This document shows, one piece after another, positions 1 to 9,437 of a DNA stretch of 64,000 nt. A program made the translations under genes and the position numbers. Positions within the stretch are counted from its first letter, which is position 1. Every line of letters begins with the position of its first letter. The stretch is from an uncultured Actinomycetes bacterium (GTDB lineage: Bacteria; Actinomycetota; Thermoleophilia; RBG-16-64-13): positions 1,408,001 through 1,472,000 of the forward strand of contig CAWJDT010000001.1 in the NCBI GenBank assembly GCA_963841735.1, in the 5' to 3' direction. The notes under the pieces were generated by a model. The model was not told the DNA's origin. It made no database searches and worked only from the letters and a program-made list of their open reading frames with translations.

Positions 1-13
1 TGCGGGCAGCCTG

Positions 14-1249
14 CTAGCTGGTCGCTTCACTCCCGGCAGGGCGTGGTTTCTTGTAGCGGGGGCTCCCAGAACGCATGAAATGACGGGCCTGTTTCAGCAC
101 AGGTACCCGTGCGCCTTCGCTCGCAGTCGGTCCCAAAGCCATGGCATCTTCGTACGCCTCTTCTACCTGGTTGGACACTCGATCCCAAGAGTAGCGCTCC
201 GCTCGCTGGATGCCGCCAAGGGTCAGCTCGAGCCGCAACGCGACGTTGCCCAGGGTGTTGAAAAGTGCGTTCTGCAGCGCGGCGACATCTCCCGGTGGCA
301 CCAGCACGCCCGCGGCTCCCTCGGCCATGACCGCGCGGTAGCCGGGGATGTCGGACGCGACCACGGGCAGGCCCGCGGCCATGGCTTCGGTCAGGATGAT
401 GCCGAAGCTCTCTCCGCCCAGAGACGGAGCGCACAGCACCTCCGCGCTTCTCATCTGCTCGATCTTGTCCGCGTGCGAAACCCGGCCCAGAGCTTGGATG
501 CCCCGCAGTTTGTCGGCCCCATTTCCGTTGGAGTGGGGGAGCAGCGCGCGCAGCTCTTCAATCGTGGGGCCGATCAATGTCAGCGTCGTCCCGGGCAGCC
601 GCTCGCGTAGCTTGCCGAAGGCCTCGATCAACACCGCCAGCCCTTTACGGGGCTCGGGGCGGCCCAGGAAGAGGATGCGACCTTGCACTTTCTCCCCGTC
701 CCTGGCCGGTGCGTACCGATGTACGTCGATGCCGTTAGGGATGACTCGGTAGTCGTTTGGGAAGTGAGAGAAGACGCACTCACGCGCAGCCTCCGAGACA
801 GCGATTCTCACCGTGATGCATTCGTGGATGCGGGCCGCCAGTGGCCTCCAGCGTTCGTAGTAATTGGAGGCGAAGCCCGCCGCATGGAACGTGGCGACCA
901 GGGGCGCCTTTGCCGACAGGGCGGCGGCCGACGCAACGGCAGGGCTGTGAGGCTCGTGGACATGCACCAGGTCAAAGTGCTCACGAGCGTAGATGCGGTC
1001 GAACTTCTGGAGCATGAACGGCCAGACGCTCGTGTGGGCGATGGAACCGTTCGAGGGCACCGGGATAGTCCGGCCGGCCAGGATGAACTTCTCGGGCAGG
1101 TCCTTGGCGGCGCGAGTCACTGTACCGGCGGGTGCGATGATCCACACATCATGGCCCCGTCGCTCGAGCTGGCCGACCAGGCTGCTTATGTGGCTGTTGA
1201 CACCGCTAGGGACGTTCCAGTCATATGGTGACACGATGGCTAGTCGCAA
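14..1249 (-). CDS. GT4 glycosyltransferase, PimA-like (phosphatidyl-myo-inositol mannosyltransferase family)
   Basis: N-term RLAIVSPYDWNVPSGV, VPSNGSIA, VHVHEP, EPRKG and SLGGESFGIILTEAMAAG (GT4 EX7E motif). Confidence 0.85.
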   Translation of the reverse strand: MRLAIVSPYDWNVPSGVNSHISSLVGQLERRGHDVWIIAPAGTVTRAAKDLPEKFILAGRTIPVPSNGSIAHTSVWPFMLQKFDRIYAREHFDLVHVHEPHSPAVASAAALSAKAPLVATFHAAGFASNYYERWRPLAARIHECITVRIAVSEAARECVFSHFPNDYRVIPNGIDVHRYAPARDGEKVQGRILFLGRPEPRKGLAVLIEAFGKLRERLPGTTLTLIGPTIEELRALLPHSNGNGADKLRGIQALGRVSHADKIEQMRSAEVLCAPSLGGESFGIILTEAMAAGLPVVASDIPGYRAVMAEGAAGVLVPPGDVAALQNALFNTLGNVALRLELTLGGIQRAERYSWDRVSNQVEEAYEDAMALGPTASEGARVPVLKQARHFMRSGSPRYKKPRPAGSEATS

Positions 1250-1437
1250 AGTGTTCCCCCGGATCCCCGCTGCTCTGGATTTCTGCTCTCTGAATAGCAG
1301 CTTGACTGCTAACCGCTGTCAAATCAAGAGCCCGGCGGTACATTGCCTACGCTTCGTGCTCCGTCTATGCTTTGACACAGCGTGGAACTCTGGCCGGTTC
1401 GCGACAGGGCGCCAAGTACTGACCTTCAGGAGGTGTC

Positions 1438-2136
1438 GTGATGATACGTAAGACGCAAGGTCTTGTTGCGCTGCTCTTGACGATCACACTTGGACTGTTT
1501 CTGTTGAGCGGGTGCGGAAGCGCTATGTCCGTATCCGGAGCAGACGGGGGCGGCGACGATACTGAGGCCACGGGCGCTCAAGGCGGGGAGGTGCTGGGGG
1601 GTTCCGAGGTGACGGCAGGTTCCGAAGGGACCCAGGCTACTGGCAACATCGGAGCCGGAGCCGGAGCGACCGTTCTCGAAGTCGGGCAGACCACGGACGT
1701 CGCGTGGGGGAAGCTGGGGGTCTCCCAAGTCACGGTCGTGACCGACTTGGTTTCGTCCGAGGCGGACGCCCTTTTGCTTGATCCCAAATATGACAGGCCG
1801 GGCGCGAACAGTGCCAAGGCCGCCGCGGGCAACGAGTTCCTCCTGATCACGTTCACGTACACCAAGAGTTCAGATGATCCGGGGGCCGGAAGGGTGACGC
1901 CGTCCGACCTCAAGCTGGCCGACGCCGTTGGTGCCGCGTATGCGATAACACCAACAAGCGGCGGCATGGGTGTCTTCAATGCGAGACCGGAAGAAGTGGC
2001 TGCCGGCACTGAAGGGCATGTGACTGCCGTGTATGAGGTGCCCATGGGGTCGACGGGGCTTGTCCTCACCTACGAGTCGATCGACTACGGCGCAGACCCG
2101 GCTGTGACGTACACGTTCCAGGTGAACATCCGATAG
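1438..2136 (+). CDS. Lipoprotein, DUF4352-like beta-sandwich domain
   Basis: Signal peptide with lipobox LSGC, Gly/Ala/Thr-rich linker, AAAGNEFLLITFTY...VYEVP pattern; AGGAGG RBS upstream. Confidence 0.6.
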   Translation: MMIRKTQGLVALLLTITLGLFLLSGCGSAMSVSGADGGGDDTEATGAQGGEVLGGSEVTAGSEGTQATGNIGAGAGATVLEVGQTTDVAWGKLGVSQVTVVTDLVSSEADALLLDPKYDRPGANSAKAAAGNEFLLITFTYTKSSDDPGAGRVTPSDLKLADAVGAAYAITPTSGGMGVFNARPEEVAAGTEGHVTAVYEVPMGSTGLVLTYESIDYGADPAVTYTFQVNIR

Positions 2137-2300
2137 CCTTCTACAACCCGTTCTTAGCGGCGCGGACTCGCACCAAGCTGTATCCTACTGCTCGCGTCGA
2201 AGGAACCCGAGAATGCGTAGGTGGTAGGAGTGGAACAGTCGTCGCTGCGCACACTGGAACGGGCGCGCCCGAGCTACTCGCAAGAGGGGCGGCGCTGGTC

Positions 2301-3686
2301 ATGATCGACGAGGCCCGTATCGCTACTCCCATGACCACGCCTGGCTGGGACAGATACCGTGACGACGTATTCCTTATCGTAGGGTTCACCGAGCGCACCG
2401 GCCGCTCGGTGGCGCAGGTGTTGGAGCAACAGGGCATGCGCTACAAGGTCTCGGATGTGCGGCCCCGGCATGAGTTGGACAAGGTCCTTGCCGGTCTGGC
2501 GGTCTCGCCTGCCGACGTTTTCGCAGGCCTGCAGGGGCCCGAGCAGCTCGAGGGGATAACCAAGGTGATCCTCTCGCCCGGTGTGCCTCGGAGCATCCCC
2601 TTGCTGCAGGAGGCCCGGGAGCGCGGCATACCTGTTTTGGGCGATGTGGACTTCTTCTGCGACGTGGTGCAGCCGGCCCGGTTGGTTGCCATCACAGGGA
2701 CTGACGGCAAGACCACCACCACCATGCTCACAGGCGCCGTCTTGGCGATGGGGGCGAAGGTGGTCGTGGCGGGCAACGTGGGAGACCCCGTGTTCGCCCG
2801 CTACCAGGAGATCCTTGACTGCGACTACCTGGTGTTAGAACTCTCCAGCTTCATGCTCGAAGAGACATACGCCCTGCGTCCGCACGTTGCCGCCATAACC
2901 AACATCGCCGAGGACCACCTCGACCGCTACCCATCCTATGCCGACTACTCCAGGGCGAAGCGGAACATCGTCCGGCATTGCCTGCCGGGGGCCATCTTCA
3001 TCCAGAACCTGGACGACCCGGTGCTGAGCTCCTTCCGCCCGGAGGGGCTTCGGGTGCGCACCGTCTCCCGCCTCGGGGCCGATGCTGACTACTACTTCGC
3101 CGACGGGGAGTTCCACTTCGCCGGCGCGACTCTCGCCTACACTGACTGTCTGCTGCGGGGCGACCACAACATCGAGAACATCCTCATCGCCCTCGCCGTC
3201 GGCTGTGAGGCCGGGGTACCGCCGGCTGACGCGGCCCGGGCCGTCCAGGAGTTCCCACCCGTAGCGCACCGCTTTGAGTACTTGGGACAGTACGGAGGAG
3301 TCGACGTCTACGACGATTCCAAGGCAACCACGGTGCACGCTGTGGATTCTGCGCTCCGGAGTTTCGCCGGGAACGTGGTGCTGGTTGCTGGGGGGCGGGC
3401 CAAGGACTTGGACTTCCTGCCGCTCCGAGAGCACGAGGCCAAGATCAAATTGCTGATGTGCTACGGCGAAGCCGGGGAGCAGGTCCGGGACCGTCTGGGC
3501 TTCGCCCGCTCTGACTACGTGTACGGCTTCGCGGAGGCCGTCAAGCGCGCCGCCGCTGCCTGCGTGCCGGGCGACTCGCTGCTGCTGTCACCGGGCTGCA
3601 CCAGTTGGGACCAGCACAAAGACTATGCCGCTCGCGGCCGGGAGTTTGCGGAGTTGGCCCTTCAGGAGCTAGGGGAGCCCGTGTAA
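2301..3686 (+). CDS. murD: UDP-N-acetylmuramoyl-L-alanine--D-glutamate ligase (MurD family)
   Basis: SPGVP, ITGTDGKTTT P-loop, VLELSSFML, EDHLDRY, HRFE, DDSKAT, LLSPGCTSWDQ...RG; start could be 2331. Confidence 0.85.
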   Translation: MIDEARIATPMTTPGWDRYRDDVFLIVGFTERTGRSVAQVLEQQGMRYKVSDVRPRHELDKVLAGLAVSPADVFAGLQGPEQLEGITKVILSPGVPRSIPLLQEARERGIPVLGDVDFFCDVVQPARLVAITGTDGKTTTTMLTGAVLAMGAKVVVAGNVGDPVFARYQEILDCDYLVLELSSFMLEETYALRPHVAAITNIAEDHLDRYPSYADYSRAKRNIVRHCLPGAIFIQNLDDPVLSSFRPEGLRVRTVSRLGADADYYFADGEFHFAGATLAYTDCLLRGDHNIENILIALAVGCEAGVPPADAARAVQEFPPVAHRFEYLGQYGGVDVYDDSKATTVHAVDSALRSFAGNVVLVAGGRAKDLDFLPLREHEAKIKLLMCYGEAGEQVRDRLGFARSDYVYGFAEAVKRAAAACVPGDSLLLSPGCTSWDQHKDYAARGREFAELALQELGEPV

Positions 3687-3744
3687 CTGTTTGGGACCTC
3701 CACTGTCGTATGTACAGTGAGCATCTCACCAAGGATGGGGGGGA

Positions 3745-4227
3745 ATGGGCCCAGCGAGCTTCGAGACCATCGTTCGGCAGGATTCCCCAGCCCTCATCAG
3801 GACGCTGACTCTGATCGTCCTTGATCGGGAGGCCGCAGCCGACATCGCGCAGGAGACCTTCATGCAGCTTCATCACCACTGGGATAGGGTCGCCGATCAC
3901 CCCAATTTGCACGGCTGGATCTACCGGGTGGCCATCAACCGCGCCAGGGACCATCGCCGTTCTCTCCTTCGCGCCGCCAGGCTCGTCCAGCGTCTGGGCA
4001 GCAGCCAAGCTGTCTCTTCGCCGGTGCAGCCCTGGCAACCGGAGGCCGAGTTTGTGAGTGTGCTGCGGGATCTTCCCCAGCGCCAGCGGGCGGCGGCGGC
4101 ACTGCGGTATGTGGGCGATCTCACCGTGCCACAGGTGGCCAAAGTCATGGGCATTTCGCAAGGTGCTGTGCAGAGCCACCTGCACCGAGCGCGGATGGCT
4201 TTGAAGGACATTCTGGAGGTGCAGTGA
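3745..4227 (+). CDS. ECF RNA polymerase sigma factor
   Basis: AADIAQETF, WIYRVAIN (region 2); LPQRQRAA...VAKVMGISQGAVQSHLHRAR (region 4). Confidence 0.9.
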   Translation: MGPASFETIVRQDSPALIRTLTLIVLDREAAADIAQETFMQLHHHWDRVADHPNLHGWIYRVAINRARDHRRSLLRAARLVQRLGSSQAVSSPVQPWQPEAEFVSVLRDLPQRQRAAAALRYVGDLTVPQVAKVMGISQGAVQSHLHRARMALKDILEVQ

Positions 4228-6131
4228 TGGAGCGCAAATCGATGAAATCCGTGCCTTCAGAACAAGATATGCGTGATCACTACCTCCGCAACGCCCCGAC
4301 CGTCGAAGGCGACGAGACCTGGGAGGCCATAAGGGGTCGAGTGACCGGCCGCGAAGCACCGGCGCGCAGGCCGTCGGGCCGTGCGCGCCGAGGCAGACTG
4401 CGCCGAGGTAGACTGCGCGTCGCCATCGTCTCGCTGGCAGCCGTGGTCATGGTCGGAGCAGCCTCTTTCGGAGTCTACGAGGCGGTGACCCACCTCCGGG
4501 GTGCGGGGCAGATGCTCGTGATCGGAGACGGAGAAACGACGTTTCTGGCAACCGGCGACAGCGTTACGGTGACTGACCCTCTGGGCCAGGCGGTTGTCCT
4601 CACGGGCGATCAAGCAGACCTGTATCGCGAGGTCCAGTGGATGAGAGAGGGGCTGGATTCGGGGAGCATCGTGTTGGCCCCAGAGGCCTTTTTGGACACA
4701 GTGCCGGACGATCTGGCTTCTAGTCCCGATTCTGACTCCGAGCTGCGGACCTACGTCGCAACCATCGCCTCCGACCCTTACTCGATCCTGGACGCGGTCG
4801 AAGAGTCCTTGTTCGATGTTCTGAGCGTCACGATCTATCTGAAGAATACGATCACCGCCGAGCAGATACCCGCCCTTGAGATTCGCATCACGAGTTGGCC
4901 CGAAGTGGGGAGTTGCACTTTCAACAGCAAGGAAGACGCTCTGGAGGAGTTGAAGCAGACCTACGAGGATCGTCCCGAGATCTGGGAGGGCCTGACGAGC
5001 AACCCCCTTCCGGACAGCTTCGAAGTCCTGCTGAAAAGCGGCTCGGAGATCGACTCCTTCACCCAGCGGTGTGCCACTCTCCCCGAGATCGATGAGGTGA
5101 AGAATGCCCCGTCCTTATCGGGAGCAGGGTTTGCGCTTCTGAGAGCCCTAGTCTATCGGACGGGGTATGCCGGCTGGGTCTCGGAGGCATCGGGAATGCC
5201 CTCCACCGCCAGCACGGCCCCAGTCCCGGCCGAGACTTCCACCACCACCGCCATCAGCGTCGACCCTGTCTCGTTTCGTACCGTGCTGCATCCCTACCAC
5301 AATTCCTACTTGGACTATCTGGGCGCGTACGCGAACGGACTGCCCACCGATGTGGATCCCGCGGTCTCGACGGCCGCCTTTCCCAGCTTGCTGCCTGCCT
5401 ATCGGGCGGAGGTGCGGCCTCTGCCCGAGACCGACTTGGAGTTTGGGCCCGTGACACGCGGAGACTCGGATCTCGTGAGCTACTACTCCTGGATGGACCC
5501 GGAGGCAGAGTCGTACGTCACAAACGTCGTGGGCCCGACGACCACTGCCTACGCCCCCCGGGAGCCGCTCGTAGACGCAGCTTCCGCGCGGGCGACGGCC
5601 GAAGCCTTCCTCAGAGAGCATGGGCTGTGGCAGCGGGACCTGGTTGCCAGAGAGGTCAACTGGGTACCATACGAGGCCACCGGTCCCTATGAGATCCGCG
5701 AGGGTTGGTTCGACTACTGGGTGGTCCTCGTCGACCAGAGCCCACCGTCGGGTTTGTCCGCGGTCCAGGGAGAGTTCCCCGGCGCTATCGAGATGCTTGT
5801 CGCTTCCTCTGGCCAGGTGCTTCGGGTCAGATGGTCGCTCCTTGACCTTACTCGCGACGGCAATCTGCGCCTTCGCCCCGTCCAGGAGGTTCTCAGCGAT
5901 CTAGATGCCTGGACCGGCGGGGCGATCTCCGATGAGGTCAACGAGTGGGAAGGGTCGTCCATGACCGTGACAGGAGTCGATATCGGGCTGGTGCGCAACG
6001 ACTACGCTCACGCGGATGACGTCGTCGCCCGCTATCTGGTGCCTGTTTACGAGTTCAGCGTCGAGCCGCTGGAGGGCGCCGGACTGCCGGGCATCTGGTA
6101 CGTGGTCGCGGCCCAAGACACGACTCGGTAG
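4224..6131 (+). CDS. Putative single-pass anti-sigma factor with FtsX-type extracellular domain
   Basis: Start overlaps the ECF stop; short cytoplasmic N-term, Arg-rich stretch, one TM helix; segment VTIYLK...PEV...FNSKEDALEELK...NPLPDSFEV...LPEIDEV resembles the FtsX ECD. Confidence 0.6.
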   Translation: MMERKSMKSVPSEQDMRDHYLRNAPTVEGDETWEAIRGRVTGREAPARRPSGRARRGRLRRGRLRVAIVSLAAVVMVGAASFGVYEAVTHLRGAGQMLVIGDGETTFLATGDSVTVTDPLGQAVVLTGDQADLYREVQWMREGLDSGSIVLAPEAFLDTVPDDLASSPDSDSELRTYVATIASDPYSILDAVEESLFDVLSVTIYLKNTITAEQIPALEIRITSWPEVGSCTFNSKEDALEELKQTYEDRPEIWEGLTSNPLPDSFEVLLKSGSEIDSFTQRCATLPEIDEVKNAPSLSGAGFALLRALVYRTGYAGWVSEASGMPSTASTAPVPAETSTTTAISVDPVSFRTVLHPYHNSYLDYLGAYANGLPTDVDPAVSTAAFPSLLPAYRAEVRPLPETDLEFGPVTRGDSDLVSYYSWMDPEAESYVTNVVGPTTTAYAPREPLVDAASARATAEAFLREHGLWQRDLVAREVNWVPYEATGPYEIREGWFDYWVVLVDQSPPSGLSAVQGEFPGAIEMLVASSGQVLRVRWSLLDLTRDGNLRLRPVQEVLSDLDAWTGGAISDEVNEWEGSSMTVTGVDIGLVRNDYAHADDVVARYLVPVYEFSVEPLEGAGLPGIWYVVAAQDTTR

Positions 6132-6209
6132 CACGCTCCCGGTGTGGGTTGGCCGGACGTAGTACTGTGGGAAGCGTCCCGAGGGCCCTACACGATGGAG
6201 GATGGAAGT

Positions 6210-6554
6210 ATGGACGAACCGGAGGTTGTGCAGGCAGCAGAGGTTGCGCCAGCGGGCGAGGTAGCACAGGAGAAGTATCCGAGCTTCTTTGCCAAGCAGT
6301 GGAAGAAGTGCCTGGGCATGCCGGCCAGGCTGAGGGAAAAGGGATACCCCGGACTCTGGGCCGCACTGGTTGTCTCGATAATCGCGGTCGTTGGGACGAT
6401 CCTCCTCAACGTGCTACCCGGTCAAGAATGGGCGGCTGTCCACTTTCGTTTCTACCTATCGGCGGCTGTGATATGCCAAGCCTTGACATACCTCGGTGTG
6501 GTATGGCTTGGGGCTCTGCTTGCCTACTGGGGGATCGTCAAGACCCGCCGGTAG
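6210..6554 (+). CDS. Small membrane protein (2 TM), hypothetical
   Basis: GGAGG RBS before ATG 6210 in ORF 6144..6554; two hydrophobic helices. Confidence 0.55.
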   Translation: MDEPEVVQAAEVAPAGEVAQEKYPSFFAKQWKKCLGMPARLREKGYPGLWAALVVSIIAVVGTILLNVLPGQEWAAVHFRFYLSAAVICQALTYLGVVWLGALLAYWGIVKTRR

Positions 6555-6589
6555 CTCGGCTCCCGTAGCCGGCACTCTCGCTCCCACAC

Positions 6590-6623
6590 AAGGCCCGGAC
6601 GCTCGCAGAAGCGTTCGGGCCTT
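6590..6623 (+). terminator. Hairpin, likely terminator
   Basis: aaggcccggacgct / agcgttcgggcctt inverted repeat downstream of the gene. Confidence 0.45.
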
Positions 6624-6651
6624 GCTGGTCTCCAGCTCGGTTCCGCCTCGC

Positions 6652-6700
6652 TTGACGCCTATCACGGGAGCATATAAGATACGTCATGATATATCGTAAT
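6652..6700 (+). promoter_or_regulatory. Sigma70-type promoter of padR with adjacent palindromic operator
   Basis: TTGACG (6652-6657), N17, TAAGAT (6675-6680), followed by ATGATATATCGT near-palindrome (6686-6697). Confidence 0.6.
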
Positions 6701-6729
6701 CATTAGTGAACTAGCCGACGGAGGCCATA

Positions 6730-7341
6730 ATGAGAGCCAAGGAACCAGTATCAGACCCGGGACGTGACCCCGAGCAAGCGGAGGGCAGCAGGTCCGACCA
6801 GGAGCACGGATGCGGAGGGGACCGCTCTCCGCGCCATCACCACATGCACGGACGGGGTCACATGCGCGGACCGGGCGCGCGCTACTTCGAACGGGGCGGG
6901 ATCAAGTTCGCGATCCTCGAGATGCTCAAGAACAAGCCGCGCCACGGCTACGACATCATCCGGGAGATGGAGGAGCAGTCGGGGGGCTTCTACAGTCCCA
7001 GTCCGGGGGCGGTCTATCCGACTCTGCAGGCGCTGGAGGACCAAGACTTGGTCACCTCCGCTGCCGCGGAAGGCAAGAAGGTCTATACCATCACCGAGGC
7101 CGGCGTGGCCTATCTTGAGGAGCATAAGGAACGGGCCAAGGGCCATCGGGATCACTGGGAAGCTCAATGTGGCACTGGTCCACAGGGAGAAGGTTGGGGG
7201 ATCGTGAGTGACATTCGCGACACTCTCGGCGAGCTCACGCGGGCGGTGCGCCGGACCGCTGGCGATCCAGCTAGGTTGAAGGAGGTCGGCGCTGTGTTGG
7301 AAGACGCAGCGGCGCAGATCAAGGAGATCCTCAAGCGGTAG
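6730..7341 (+). CDS. PadR family transcriptional regulator with His-rich N-terminus (YqjI-like)
   Basis: KFAILEML..PRHGYDII...YSPSPGAVYPTLQALED...KKVYTITEAG; RHHHMHGRGH upstream of the wHTH. Confidence 0.9.
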   Translation: MRAKEPVSDPGRDPEQAEGSRSDQEHGCGGDRSPRHHHMHGRGHMRGPGARYFERGGIKFAILEMLKNKPRHGYDIIREMEEQSGGFYSPSPGAVYPTLQALEDQDLVTSAAAEGKKVYTITEAGVAYLEEHKERAKGHRDHWEAQCGTGPQGEGWGIVSDIRDTLGELTRAVRRTAGDPARLKEVGAVLEDAAAQIKEILKR

Positions 7342-7403
7342 GTCCCCGCTTCGCCGGCCGGGCAGCGCGTGATGGCGCGACCCGGCAGCGCACTCTTGCC
7401 ACC

Positions 7404-7442
7404 CAGTCCCGGTCTGAGCCAAACCGCAGACCGGGACTGTTG
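7404..7442 (+). terminator. Intrinsic terminator hairpin after padR
   Basis: Perfect 13-bp stem cagtcccggtctg / cagaccgggactg followed by T's. Confidence 0.55.
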
Positions 7443-7518
7443 CTCTCTCATGACCGTGCGGGCACGCAGATGCCATAATCACTCTAGTCCGTGTACACCG
7501 ACTACAAGGAGGTACAGG

Positions 7519-8371
7519 GTGAAGACTTCGCCCAACGAGAGTGCGGGTGCGCGCCCGACCGTCGGCGTCGTGGGCACCGGCAACATGGGTGCGGCTTTGG
7601 TGCGGGGTTGGCTTCGGGCCGAGGAAGATGGCTGCTCCGAGGGGCCGGGCAGACTGCTCGTGTGGGACAAGATCGAAGCGGCGAGCAGGCGGTTGCTCGT
7701 CGATGGGTACGTCGGCCTGGCTTCGTCCCTGCCGGAGTTGGCCGCGGAGACCGACGTCATCCTGGTGGTGGTCAAACCCAAGGACGCCGCCGAGGTCCTG
7801 ACGACGCTGGCCGGCATCCTTCGGCCCGACCAGGCGGTCGTCTCGTCTATGAGTGGGCTTGCACTGGAGCGGATACGTGGTCTGCTGGGCCCAGGGCCAG
7901 CGCTCTTCCGCATCATGCCCAATCTGGGAGTGGAACTGGGGGCCGGCGCGATCGCCTTCGCGGCCGAGCCCGATATGCCCGCGGACCGCGGTGGCGGCGA
8001 TGAAGGCGCTTCTTGGACCATTGGGCATGGTCGGGGAGGTGTCCGAGGGACTGTTCGATGTGGTCACGGCTGTGGCGGGCTCCGGTCCGGCCTTCCTGGC
8101 CTTGGCCGTGGAGAGTCTGGAAGACGGCGCGGTGGCGGCCGGTATGAGCAGGGCGGTGGCCCGCGAGGTCATGAGAAAGAGCGCGCTTGATACTGCCGAG
8201 CTGCTGCCTCATCATTCGGATTCAGCGGCCATGTTGGCCCAGCATCTGCTTTCGACCGGGAGTGCCGATCCAGAGGCTATGAAGGTACTCGAGGACCGCC
8301 GGGTGGGCGAGGCTTTCCAGGAGGCGGTGGGGGCGGCGATGCGTCGGAGTCGGGAGATGGGCAAGGCCTGA
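7519..8371 (+). CDS. proC: Pyrroline-5-carboxylate reductase (frameshifted near 7985)
   Basis: GVVGTGNMG, VKP, RIMPN in ORF 7369..8190; DVVTAVAGSGPAF in ORF 7853..8371; AAGGAGG RBS before GTG 7519. Confidence 0.85.
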
Positions 8372-8483
8372 ACGGCGAGACTCTAGAAGGGACCGCGCTG
8401 CGGCCGTTGGAAGAGGTCGGGCCGAAGCCGCCCAGCGGGTAACCAGTTGCCGAGCGAGGCACCATGTACGCAAGGAGGATCAC

Positions 8484-9117
8484 ATGCTAGTTCGCGACAA
8501 GATGTCGAAGAATCCCATCACCACGAGACCCAGTGCGTCGGTGCCCGACGCTCTCAAGGTGATGCAGGGGAGCAAGATCCGGCAGTTGCCCGTGATCAAT
8601 GACGACCACGAGATGGTGGGCATCGTTTCCCTTGTCGATCTGTTCAGGGTTTCGCCCTCGCCGGCGACTTCGCTCAGCGTGTGGGAAGTGGATTACCTGC
8701 TGGAGAAGATCACGGTCGAGAAAGTGATGACGCGCGAAGTCATTACCGTGACCGAAGACACCGCGGTGGAAGAGGCCGGGCGCATCATGGCCGACAACTC
8801 CGTCAGCGGCCTGCCGGTGATGCGAGGAGGCGAGCTGGTGGGCATCATCACCGAGACACACCTGTTCGGCATCCTGCTAGAGCTGTTCGGGGCCCGCAGA
8901 CCTGGCGTGCGGGTGATGGCCAAAGTGGAGATGGAAAAGGGGGGGCTCTGCCAGGCTCTCCGGCGCGGTTGCGGCTATCGGCGGACAGTTTGCCGCCTTC
9001 GGCCTGCACGCCGATTCCCGGACGGTCACTTTCAAGGCTCAGGATGTCGACCGAGACCAGCTGCTGGAGGCCATCAAGCCCATGGTTGTCGAGGTCCTGG
9101 ACGTCCGCGTTAGCTAG
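8484..9117 (+). CDS. AcuB-like CBS-pair + ACT domain protein (frameshift at G-run ~8940-8950)
   Basis: MLVRDKMSKNPIT, SPSPATSLSVWEVDYLL, LVGIITE; shifted frame continues ARLSGAVAAIGG...EVLDVRVS* (stop 9115-9117). Confidence 0.8.
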
Positions 9118-9158
9118 CTTGGGGGCTGCGCGGCAGCGCCCCTAACGTTCAGTGAGTA

Positions 9159-9240
9159 CGGCCTATCCCGATGCGCACTTTCTTCGCGGCGCGTACACCC
9201 GTGCGCGTCTCGCTGCGAAAGCGCACATCGGACTAGGCCG
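9159..9240. repeat. Long imperfect inverted repeat between convergent genes
   Basis: cggcctatcccgatgcgcact...ttcgcggcg pairs with cgctgcgaa...agcgcacatcggactaggccg. Confidence 0.6.
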
Positions 9241-9437
9241 AACCCTCCATGTCGGGGCGCGGCCGCGTGCATGTGTCGCTCAAATACATGTTGACGCTCA
9301 GTGTCACACCATTGGGCCGGCCTTCGCTTCGCTCGGCCTCCTGATCCATGCGCCAAGCCCACTCGGACTCCGCAGTCGGAACGTTGCCGGCGTCCTCGAC
9401 GAGCCGGCGGTGAGTGAGCAAGCTCCCTGGGGGCTGT

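Noticed and set aside
3682-3715. Autoregulatory ECF promoter TGTAAC...CGTA
   Set aside because: The spacing (19 nt) is longer than typical and no second copy was found to support it.
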